Shown piece by piece: positions 52,442 to 64,000 of a stretch of DNA of 64,000 nucleotides. The stretch lies in NCBI GenBank assembly GCA_965153355.1, contig OZ231126.1:24428001-24492000 (forward strand). The letters run 5' to 3'. Made by a program: the position numbers and the translations under genes. Origin of the DNA: Flaccisagitta enflata (Eukaryota). Under the pieces are notes generated by a model, which saw nothing but the letters and a program-made list of their open reading frames with translations, had not been told where the DNA came from and did not search any database. Positions within the stretch are counted from its first letter, which is position 1. Each line of letters opens with the position of its first letter.

Positions 52442-55243
52442 GAGAGAGAGAGAGAGAAAAAGAGAGAGAGAAAGAGAAAGAGAAAGAGAAAGAGAGAGTG
52501 AAAGACAGACATACTGGTTCAGACACGCAGACAGATGTATATATACAGACAGACGGGGTCAGACATCAGACAACCAGACAGAGGGAGGGTAAACTGAAAG
52601 AACTACACAGGAATTGAGAAGTAGACAGTTTCTCCCTGATGGGTACAGGTAGCTACAAATAGATGAGGAAACAGACAGATTGCAAGAAACTTGAACCGCC
52701 GGCCTAAGACAGAGACAGAGTCAAGACAAAAGGGTCGCGGCCAAAAGCTAAAAAGACAGAAATGCTACTTGCACAAAAAAGCGTATAAGTGCATAAGTAA
52801 CAACGAACAACAACAAGCAAGGTCGTGCTTACATCATCAGTCAAGTATCGCACAAGAAGGCAAAAAACAAACGATTAGAGAGAAAAATCTTGACGTGCGG
52901 GGGTATGGAGGGGGGGAAGGTGATGGGAGGGGGAGGGGTGGTTGAGACAAACGCGCAAACGCTTCTAGACAAAAAACCATCGTTAAATGAGCATCAGAGG
53001 CATTCTTGACAATGAACCGCCCAACTCTAAGACTAATGATGCCGGGGACCGCTTTTGAGGATGAAGGAAAAAATAGAAAGAAAAATAGAAAGAAAAATAG
53101 AAATAAAAATAGAAAGAGGATCAGTCTGAAAAATGGAATTTCTGCGTTTCTGTTCTGGCATCTTTGGACTTTAGATGATGTTTTGTTGGCATCCGCAAGT
53201 TGCAAAGGAAAGAAATGAGAAAAAAAGGGAATCGAAGACAGAAAAAAAAAAGAATGCGAAAAAAGGAAAAGAAGTAGTCATGAAAAAAAAAGAGAAAAAA
53301 AAAAAGAAGAAAAGGAAAGAAGAGTGGGAAGAAATGGAAGAACTAGAGAGAAAAAAAAAAAGATGAATAAAAGAAACGAAGGGAAAGTGCAGAAAAGAAA
53401 AAAAAGAGCAACGAAGGAAAAGAAAAAATAGGATCCATTACTGTTTTGTGCGGAAAGAAGTCGTTAGAGGCGCTGAAGCGACTTTTTCCTCGCATCCAAC
53501 CTCCATTCGTAGAAAAGAGTTTTATGGTTCTTTTTTCATTCAAGTAGAAATTCATTGGCGCTACAAGAAGAAACCAACCGATCGTGAACCAAACGCACTA
53601 AAAGCCTTTCCAATTTTTTTTCTTTTCCTTTTTTGCCTTACCGCTTCGTGGATATGAGCTAAAGGAAGTTGCATAAGAACAAAACTAACTAGTTATTGCT
53701 TACCTTTTCCCGTGATGTAAGGATGTACGTGCAAGAGAGAGATGCTTGTAAGAGAGAAACAACTGTGAACGAAACTGCTATGTAAACGCGAGGATAGGAT
53801 GAAAAAAAAAGTCAATAACAAAAACAAAAAAAGTAAGAATTCAAAAAGAACAAAATACAAAATCTGTTTTTTGAGGCTTCATGAGACATTATCACCTTTT
53901 CATACGCTAGGTGATCGTCGGACACTTATTTATGGTTGATTTTATTAAAATAATAAAATGATTAGTCGGAGACAAGCCCGATCGGGCAAAGATGCGTCCG
54001 AACAGTGTCTCAGCGCGTATTGAATATGTGACATAAATGGAGAGAGACATGTTTTTTATTCATTTGATCCAGCCCAGGATCTCACCGTGACTAAAAACAG
54101 CCGAGAAACGCGGATTTTGCACAGGCATAACGGACATAGCGACTGACGGACGGACAGACCCTATAGAGGTGCATTTTTGACGCATCTAAAAACAGCGCAA
54201 GAAGACAGTTCACATTGTCCATACGATTTTTATTTGTTTGCTACGCGATGGTTTAACTTTGAACTGAGGCGACCCGCCGGTTCATCCATCTGTCGGGCCT
54301 TCACGCGAGCTTCGGTCTCACTCTTTTTTGGGAGGGGGGGGGGCGATAACGGGCAGTTTTGCAGTAATGCCCATCCGCGTTTGACCAAGGAAACCGTGTA
54401 TCCGGCCTTGTATAGATTGCATTATCCAGTATAAAAACTCCACAAATTCTTTTGAATTAAAAAAAGTAGCGAACCCGAGAAAAAAAGACATCTGTAAAAT
54501 GATAGTAATGTGCTCAAGATTATTCTTTACGAAATCTCATCACTTATCACGTCGTCATACTCGCCGAATTTTTCCATCAGCCATCATGAACAAGATTGAT
54601 CTCTAAAACGAGGTGATGACAACCAAAGATAACTTTCATAATTTAATAAATGCTCTTCTTTGAGAATCATTTTAAAAGAATGTAAAGACTTCCAAGCATG
54701 TCATTGGTGATATGATGTCATAATGTCAAGATGTTCAGGGACGTTTTAAGCATGCCATTATTGCCACATCTTCGTGGTTGACGACCATTCTGCAGTTTTA
54801 TGTTTTTCATATATTCTTCATATATTAATCGTTTCTTTCCGGTTTCCTTAATGGCTTTGTTGGTCAGTATGTCAGTCCTTCAACATGTCAACCAAACCTT
54901 CCTTATTTTCTTCGATGTTACCAAACCTTGTTTGATTTTTCTTGGCATTTTTTTCGAGATTCCGTATAATTGAATTGAAACCCGATCAAGTGAAATGATC
55001 GTAACGTGTAAAGGACAAGGTAGGGTGGATTTTCAACGTCAAACGTGTGTGGGTAACAAAAAGAATTGAATCCTTATCAATAACATTCAAAACAAGTTCA
55101 AAACAAACCGAAAATCGCGCAGGTGGCCCTCAAATTTTCCTCTCTACTTCCCATCGGTACAATCAAGTTTGCTCGAATCTGCACAGATCATTTGTAATTC
55201 TTGAGCTGTCATTGTCGTTCCAATTACATACCCTACTAACCCT

Positions 55244-55289
<46 letters not shown>

Positions 55290-55505
55290 CTCTTACAGGG
55301 GCCTTTTCTTTTCCGTATCTTTTTTTGCGGTCTTTTTCAAAAAGATTATCATTGATGTAAATTCGAGCGTCCTTTAAGAAGAGAATGACTCCAATGATAA
55401 ACGATTTTGTGATTAATGATTGAGTGATAAACGAATTCGTGATAAATGATTGAGAGTGTCTCGTCTTTTCGTCTTATTCAATGACCCACTCATCATCGTT
55501 GGTTG

Positions 55506-55549
<44 letters not shown>

Positions 55550-56000
55550 CTCCGAAATTCGAGATCTCCACTGAAGTTCATTCATTTTGTAAAATGGGAT
55601 TTCGTTTATCAAAACAAACTTATGTTTGAGGGGGAAAAAAACAAGAATAGTTGGGAACGGAAATTTACACTTACTGACAATATAAATGCAAAAAGCTAAG
55701 AGTGATAAAGGAGGAGAAGATAAATACGGGAGGAAAAAAAGTGAAAAGAAATGTTAAAAGAAAAAGAGTTAGAAAGAGGTTGAAGAGCGAAAAATGATCT
55801 GGCGTTATGTCGAAAGGCGATCTGAGTGGCGCGAGACAGCGAGTTCAGGCGGTGATCGAACTGTGCGGGTGTCGGATCTTATTCCCGTCCAAAATGTCTG
55901 GGAGGTCTCATCGGGCACTCGGTCCAGTTCACACCAACGAAGTCAGTCGTTTCCATTTGCATGTGTCAAAAGGATAGATGACATTTGTAAACAAAAAATT

Positions 56001-56197
56001 AACAAGGCCGGATACTCGGCTACCGAAGTCGCATGCGGGTGGGCAGGGGCAGTAATCAAAAAGGCTTACCCAAGCATTTGGACAGGAGCAGTATCGCAAA
56101 AACCGTCAGTAACGCCAAAAAAGCTAACGCAGACCGACGGACCGATGGACCGACCGACGGACATGGCGGGTTATAGAGTCGCGTGCAGGTGACTAAA
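56001..56197 (-). mobile_element. HINE family A
   Basis: aacaaggccggatac ... tagagtcgcgtgcaggtgactaaa. Confidence 0.75.
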
Positions 56198-57221
56198 TAG
56201 TTGGACAAAATGAGAGCGAGGGTAAAAGCAAGTGCAATGGGCGGTTACTGTGAGCGATTGAGGGTTGGATAGATTGGATCCAAGGTTTTTTTTGTTTTTG
56301 TTTTTTTTTTTTTTGCGGGCACCTGCAGGCGGACAGGCGTCAAATCGTTTCTTTTGGTTGGTCAGTCCGTTGTTTCTTTTTTTGGGGCTTTCGCAGTTAT
56401 GGGCAACACTGCTCAGTTTCTGTATCTCATTGCAAGAGACTTATGAATCAATCACCTGTCCCATTCAGAACCCATGGCAAAAAAAATATCTTTAACATCT
56501 CTTCAACCCCCCTCGTCATGATCCTTAAAACAAACTAGCAATTACACCCCCCCCACTGTTCCACTCATGTCCTTCCCCCCCCCCCCCACTATTCCACTCA
56601 TGTCCTTCCCCCTCTCCCACTTTTCAGTTCTCATTTCGTCCACGTTTAGAATATTCGAAATATTTAAAAGTGAATTTATGGCCTTTGGTGAGGATTTATT
56701 AACTAAATGTCATTCTCTGTTTCCCGGACATAGAGCCTCATGTGACGAAAAGTGTTGGTCGGTGCCCAGGATCGCCACACAGTTTGTTTTAAAGCGACAC
56801 TCGTCAGGTGGCTCTCTCCAACTCGAATGTTAGAAATAGATTTTATTATGTACGAAATTGTTAGAAAAAAAAAATTGAGATATCAAATCAAAATCGATAT
56901 TCAACCAACAACGTTGGATACATAGTCGCTGGCGGGTCGGCAGGGACAGTAATGCGGGTAGACAGGGACAGTATGGGGTAGGGCGGGGCTGTAATGTGGC
57001 TGGGCAGGGCTCAGAAATCGTTATTTCAGTCGGTATCGCGGCATCTCAAAGTCAAATTTCGCGATTCCTTCCTACCCACCTACGGACACAACCTCTCTTA
57101 GAGTCGCTTGGCCAGTGACTAAAGAGATCTTTCATTAACGGAAAACTCACCGCTATTAATCGTTCAATTAGCAATCTTAAAAGTTAAATCTATTTGTTTT
57201 TTTTTTTTTTTGTTTTTTCTA

Positions 57222-57731
57222 CAGTAGATGTCGTCTAGACATCGAAATACGGGGGAGCTCATAACCTGAGCATCAGTAAAATGAGGGGACTGATATTTTG
57301 CTGGTTTAATGTATAGACCCTAAAGGGTTGATGATGGGGTATGGCATCCCCCTACGGCTTACAATACAAAAAAGAACTTTTAGTATAAAATGTTAGGATC
57401 AATCACTTTTATGGCAGAAATTCAACTTCATCTATTTGCTTTAATTGCAAAACCAGCCTGGAATTCGAACTTGGAACCTTTAAAGAAATACACCAGTCAC
57501 AATAAATCTAAAGTTAAACGAGTTAACCACTAGACCAATTCCAACACCTTGAGGAAAAGAGCTAATATGATTTACCAAATTCAAAAGAATTTTCTCTCCA
57601 CAGAGCTGCCATACCCCATTGTCAACCCCATAGGACATAAGTATTATACACACTCTGTTTCATTTCATTGGCATAAATGGTAGTTATGATATGCGGGCCC
57701 CTGTATTTCCAAGTATAGACGACATCTACTG
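57222..57731. mobile_element. TA-flanked MITE
   Basis: TA|CAGTAGATGTCGTCTA ... TAGACGACATCTACTG|TA. Confidence 0.8.
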
Positions 57732-57762
57732 TATCTGTAAAATGCTGACGAATTAGGAATGA

Positions 57763-58025
<263 letters not shown>

Positions 58026-58224
58026 CTCTCTTTCTCTCTTCCTCTCTCTCTTTTTTTTCATATTTTTTTAAATCTATTTTGTAGGAGATTTAGTCGGCGT
58101 TGATAAACTTTAAAGAAATTGATTGATTACTTGTTTTGCTTTCGTTCATTTTTTTCAACAAGCAAGAAACAGAAAAAAAACTGGACGAAAGAGCAAAAAT
58201 GGTTAAAAAGAAAATAAAGAAATG

Positions 58225-58469
58225 AACAAGGCCGGATACACGGCTACCTTAGTCGCGTGCAGGTGGGCAGGGGCAGTATTTGAGTTACTAAAGCACTTGG
58301 ACAAGTGCAGTGAGGCCAAAGACCGCAAAAACATAAAAAAAGTAAAATGGGGACCGACCGACCGACCAACCAACCGACCAACCGACCGACCAACCGACCG
58401 ACCGACTGACCGACCGACGGACGGACAAAGCGGGGTGTAGTGTCGCGTAGCACGCGACTAAAAAAAAAA
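58225..58469 (-). mobile_element. HINE family A, full length
   Basis: aacaaggccggatacacggc ... (CCGA)n ... gtcgcgtagcacgcgactaaaa. Confidence 0.8.
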
Positions 58470-58948
58470 GCAAAATAAAAAAAGAAGCTTCAGTGAACTG
58501 TTGGGCCCATGACTTGCGACAAACAGCTTTGCTCTGTCCTGTCCTCTGATCTGTCCTAATTCTAATTCCTCTCAACATCTTTTTCGGCCATTTGGCTGGA
58601 ATGTTGAAAATGTTGCTGCAACTTCCTCAACGCACAATTCATGCATAAACTTACCGCAATAGTTTTCCTCTGTTGCATGCAGAAAATTGCAGATGCAGAC
58701 AACTGGTTTATTTGTAATCTATCTAGAATCGCAAGATATTGTCGACAAAATTCTTTTGTGTTTCTCATCTGTCAATTGCAGAATGTTTAGTGCACATACA
58801 TCGGCACGGTTACGCTTTAAATTGCTTTCTCTTCTCCACAACACCGCCGGTTTTTTTCTCCATCAAATGCCATTAACGTTAAAATCTGGCAAAAAAAAAA
58901 AAAAAAAAAAAAAGAAAAAAAAATATTCTTATTATTTGTTTCTCTCTC

Positions 58949-59146
<198 letters not shown>

Positions 59147-59635
59147 TCTTGCTGTAGTCGTGTTTTTGCCTACAGACGTGGAAGGGCGTTGGTTTTTGCA
59201 TTAAAACCAAAAACGATTAAGAAATCTAATTAATGATTTCTTAATGATGCCGAAGCAATTGTTCCATGTCAAGGCCCTCTCTTCTTTTATGATAAAAGAA
59301 GGTAAGGGTTTTGGAAATGACGATCTTTTTTTAAAAGTAATCTTGGGAACATAAAAAATGGAGAATACAAAAAAAATAAAAAAACATGAGCTTTGACAAA
59401 GTGCTGCTCCTTAACAAATTGATCGACTGTTTAGTCCGATTGATCTATTGTTTAAACCAGTATTTGTAGCTTTATTCGTCCAGGAGCCTAAATCGTCCGA
59501 AGTTGACGTTTCCTTTCATTAAGCTGATTTACCTTCATCCAACGTTTTGCGTTACCGATGTTCAGGCAGACATACAAATGAACACACCATCTTACAGATT
59601 TGCTAAGTAAGCGACTATAAGGTCAGTTTTGCGAT

Positions 59636-60988
59636 AACAAGGCCGGATACACGGCTACCCTAGTCGCGTGCGGGTGGGCAGGAGCAGTGCTGGAGAAGGT
59701 CACTTAGGCGTCTGGGCAGGAGCCGTATGCTCAAAAAGCTCAAAAACGCCAAAAAAGTAATAGTCGCAAAAGCGTCAGATGGTCAGCGGTACCCATTGCC
59801 CCTATGTGAGTGTATGTGGGTGTCAGGTGGTTAGAGGGGCAGCGGCCCCGAAGGGACCGATGACCTATGCTGTTTTTATTTGAGCTTCAAGGCTGGAATT
59901 AGGGCCTTGAGGCTGGGATATGAGCCTTGAGGCTGGGATTTGAGCCTCAAGGCTGGGATTTGAGCCTCAAGGCTGGGATTTGAGCCTCGACACTTGGATT
60001 TGAGCCTCTATACTGGCCTTAAGGCTCGGATTTGAGCCTCGAGGCCTGGAGTGCAGGCCTCAAGCGGTTGCAGGCCTTGGGCAGGGTCCCAGCCTCAAGG
60101 CTGGGAATTGAGCCACGAGGCTGGAATTACAACCTGGAGACATGGATTTGAGACTCGAGACTGGGATTTGAGCTTTGAGGCTGGGGTTTGAGCCTCAAGG
60201 CTGAGATTTGAGCCTCGTGGCTGGGATTTGAGCCTCCGGGCTGGGATTTGAGCCCCCAGGCTGGGATTTGAGATTCCAGCCTGGGATTTGAGCCTCGAGG
60301 CTAGGATTTGGGCCTTGAGACTAGGATTTGGGCCTTAAGACTAGGATTCCAGCCTCGAGGGGGGGACGGAGAAGAAGAAGGAGGAGAAGGAGGAGGAGAA
60401 GAAGGAGAAATTTCCCCAATGTGTGAAAGCATAGGTCATCGGCCCCTTTGGGGCCGCTGCCCAAAAGTGAGAAGGGCAGAGGCCCCGAAGGAGCCGATGA
60501 CCTATGCTTGGGGCTAGGATTGGAGCTGAGGTAAGGATTGGATGCTGGGATTTGAGCTATAAGGCCTGGGCTGGAGCCTCAAGGGATTAGAGCCTCAAGA
60601 CTTGGGTTGAAGCCTTATGGCTGGATTTGGAGTCTTGAGGCTGGATTTGGAGCCTCAAAGGTGAGAGTTGGAGCCATAAGGCAAGGATTGGAGCCTAGAT
60701 GCTGGGATTAGAGCCATGACACTGGGTTTGGAGCCTTGAGGCTTGTATATGAGGCCTAAGGCTGGGATTTGAGCTGGAGGTTTTGATTCAGGCCTTGGAG
60801 TTGGGGGGGGGGGACGGAGAAGAAGAAGAAGAAGGAGAAGGAGAAGGAGGAGAAGGAGAAAGTTTCCCATATGTGTGAAAGCATAGGTCATCGGCCCCTT
60901 CGGGGCCGCTGCCCAAAAAAGGGGACCGACCGACCGACCGACGGACCGACATAGCGGGGTGTAGAGTCGCTAAGTAAGCGACTATAAA
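59636..60988 (-). mobile_element. HINE family A copy interrupted by two family B units (59759-60466 and 60476-60918)
   Basis: Family A sequence breaks at ...aaaaaagtaa| and resumes at aaggggaccgaccg (~60919), compared with the intact copy at 58225. Confidence 0.8.
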
Positions 60989-61085
60989 GTCAGTTTTGCG
61001 ATAAAAAGAAAAAGAACGGAAACGAGAAGCAGAGAAGTGAGAAATGAGAGGGAGGTTCGGGGTTTCCTGCTTGTCGCCACCTCCG

Positions 61086-61258
<173 letters not shown>

Positions 61259-61708
61259 GGCGCAGAATTTGTATCTATGTATGATGGGGAAGTAGAACGA
61301 ATTGCGCCGATCCATTAAGCGTCTCTGATAATTTTCCCTCTGACTCTCTCTGGTCGGTTCACACTCACAACACGAAGCTCTCTTTCTTTTTCGCTATCTT
61401 CTTCTGTCTGTCTCTCTATCCCTGGGTTTGCCTTTCATTCTGCGTCTGTCACAGACTCATTCCGTGCATCTGTCTTTAACTTTACTTCCCTCTTGTACCC
61501 CTCTGTACCTTCCTCCTCTTTCCTACGTTCATGTCTCCCCTTTCTATGCCTGTCTGTGACTTCTCTGCCTTTTCTTCGTTTCCGTGAATATCCTTTGCTC
61601 TGTCTTTCGGAGTATCTGTCTGTCTGTGTCTTTCTGTCTGTCTGTCTGTCTTTCTTTCTGTCTCTGTCTCTGTCTCTGTCTCTGTCTCTCTGTCTCTGTC
61701 TCTGTCTC

Positions 61709-61854
<146 letters not shown>

Positions 61855-62389
61855 TCTCTCCTCTCACTTTCGTTTTTGCCCCATGAGACCCCACTTCTCC
61901 TTTGATATTCGAGCTACGTCATCATCTGTGCCCCTTCCTCGTTGACATAACAAATCTCCTTAACACTGTAGCTTTCTAGATTTGTACTCAGCAAATCATA
62001 TCCTCAAGTTCAGACGTAGGAGGCCATGTCTGTGTGTCTGTGTGTCTGTGTGTCTGTGTGTCTGTGTGTCTGTGTGTATGTGTGTCTGTCTGTCTGTCTG
62101 TGTGTCTGTGTGTCTGTCTGTGTGTCCATCTTTCTGCCTATCTGCCAGTCTGTCTGTCTGTCTGTCTATCTGTCAGTCTGTCTGTCTGTCTGTCTTTCTG
62201 TATGTCTGTCTGTCTGCATGTCTGTCTACCCGTATGCCTGTCTGTCCGTGTGTCTGTCAGTCTGTCTGTCTGTAGGTCACGCTTCTTTAACTTTTTTTAA
62301 AGAATATACGAAACGGGCGTTCTCAACAGTCCCCACGTTTTCCCGCTTCCATTCCTTTGATTATTCCTTTAATCATTGATTCATTTATT

Positions 62390-62630
62390 CGATCATTCAT
62401 TCATTCATTTATTCATTCATTCATTCATTCATTCATTCATTCATTCATTCATTCATTCTTTCATTCCTTGATTCATTCAATCATTCAATCATTCATTCAT
62501 TCATTCATTCATTCATTCATTCATTCATTCATTCATTCATTCATTCATTCATTCATTCATTCATTCATTCATTCATTCATTCATTCATTCATTCATTCAT
62601 TCATTCATTCATTCATTCATTTATTCATTC
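62390..62630. repeat. (TTCA)n tetranucleotide repeat
   Basis: Seen directly. Confidence 0.95.
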
Positions 62631-64000
62631 GTTTTTTCTGTCTTTTCATACATCCATTCATTCACTCATTCATTCTTCAACACGAGACGCATGTAATGGC
62701 CTAAACGTTGCCTTGTTCCGTCATTCCACTTACCTCTTGTCCAGTATTGAGCAATTTTTTTGATTAGCACCATTCAGCCTTTGCTCCTAGCTCCCACGGC
62801 ACTTCTTCAGCTGATCACTCCAAGCAGGGCATCGGGCACCGTTGACCATGTGCAATCCTTGGATGACTAGTTTTACGTGCGCCATAGCACCATTTTAAGA
62901 GGCTTTGACCGTTGGTCGGTCAGTAGTTTGGTCGGTTGGTCGGTCTGTCGGTCACGCTCGAGTGAAAAATCGCAGAAAATGTTTGAAATCACTTGAAAAC
63001 CAATCATAATTCATAACCCTCATCATTTCATTCATTATCATATTCGGCTATGGGAAAGTCTGATAGAGCTTGGGATACCCTGCAATCAAAAGCAACTGAT
63101 ACCAGTAAAACCTTTAATGTGCCTAGAGTATTTATTTTGAGAAATTTGGACTGGTTCCGTCTGAAAGCAGACTACCCACCATTTGTTCATGCAAAAATTC
63201 AAAGCACTGGCTTTAGCGGATTACTATCTAGAACATAAGTATATCGACAGGCATTTAAGGCAATAGCTCTATTCAAAATAAGAAATTTATATAAAAACCA
63301 GTGAGATTCAAAAAACTATTTTGAATTTCTGACCAGATGCCGCAAACGGCATCCTTTTAGCTCATGCCATTTAGAAATGACAAGCAAAACAAAATTGATA
63401 CTCCAATTGAAGAATTATGAAAAAAATAGATCTAGTCTTTTAACAGTTTTTGCTTTAAGTAACAAAGTCTTTATTGAGATAGATGGGAGGTTTTTTATCT
63501 CTTTTTTTATTCTTACTACAAACACAAAACGCCTTTGTCACATTTTCTTGGTTGAATTCAAAATCTCTGAGTCATTGGGATTACAACTGAAGCAAAAGAG
63601 AGAACATAACATTTACTTGAGAATTTTCTGAAATCCAATTTCAGGAGGGGAAGTTATTGTGCATTCATGCTAAACAATTGTGTTAGAATGCATATAATAT
63701 CCGTAACTAGTTGGTTGTTAAAGCACATAGATGTGATATTAAATATTTCACACACTTCTGAAGCTTTTCTATGGATCTTATACTAATAAGTTAACCAATC
63801 CCCATACTGTCGATATACTTATGTTCTAGATAGTAGCTTCCACCTTATTTCAAAATTTGACAAAAATTTGAAAGTTTTTACCCAAAAATTGTATTTTTAA
63901 GCAAGTTTACATAAATTTATCCTTGTAATTTTCACATTTATTCATAAAGACTATCTGACCGTTCATAATTGAGAGGTAATTGACCCATTTGTTGCAAAAC

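Overview
Eukaryotic (metazoan, probably invertebrate/arthropod-like; taxon not determinable here) genomic DNA, very rich in microsatellites and non-autonomous transposons. Most ORF-track entries are simple-repeat artefacts. Two protein-coding loci are supported. (1) A divergent TRPC/TRP-gamma-like cation channel on the minus strand, reconstructed from four phase-compatible GT-AG exons (35985-35479, 34823-34533, 30782-28070, 27907-27483; about 1311 aa). (2) A head-to-head, plus-strand tandem C2H2 zinc-finger locus (40946-45250) that is split inside one finger by a ~1.45 kb composite insertion and also has an in-frame stop, so it is probably a decaying gene. Much of the rest is mobile DNA. Two families of Helentron/DINE-1-like (HINE) rolling-circle elements are present; one has covarying hairpins and a conserved ~21-bp minisatellite period across diverged subfamilies. 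There are also hAT MITEs with exact 8-bp TSDs, TA-flanked Tc1/mariner-type MITEs including a three-level nested palindrome with a transposase remnant, and a TIR element carrying telomere-like G-rich repeats. No CRISPR array, rRNA or intact tRNA gene was found.
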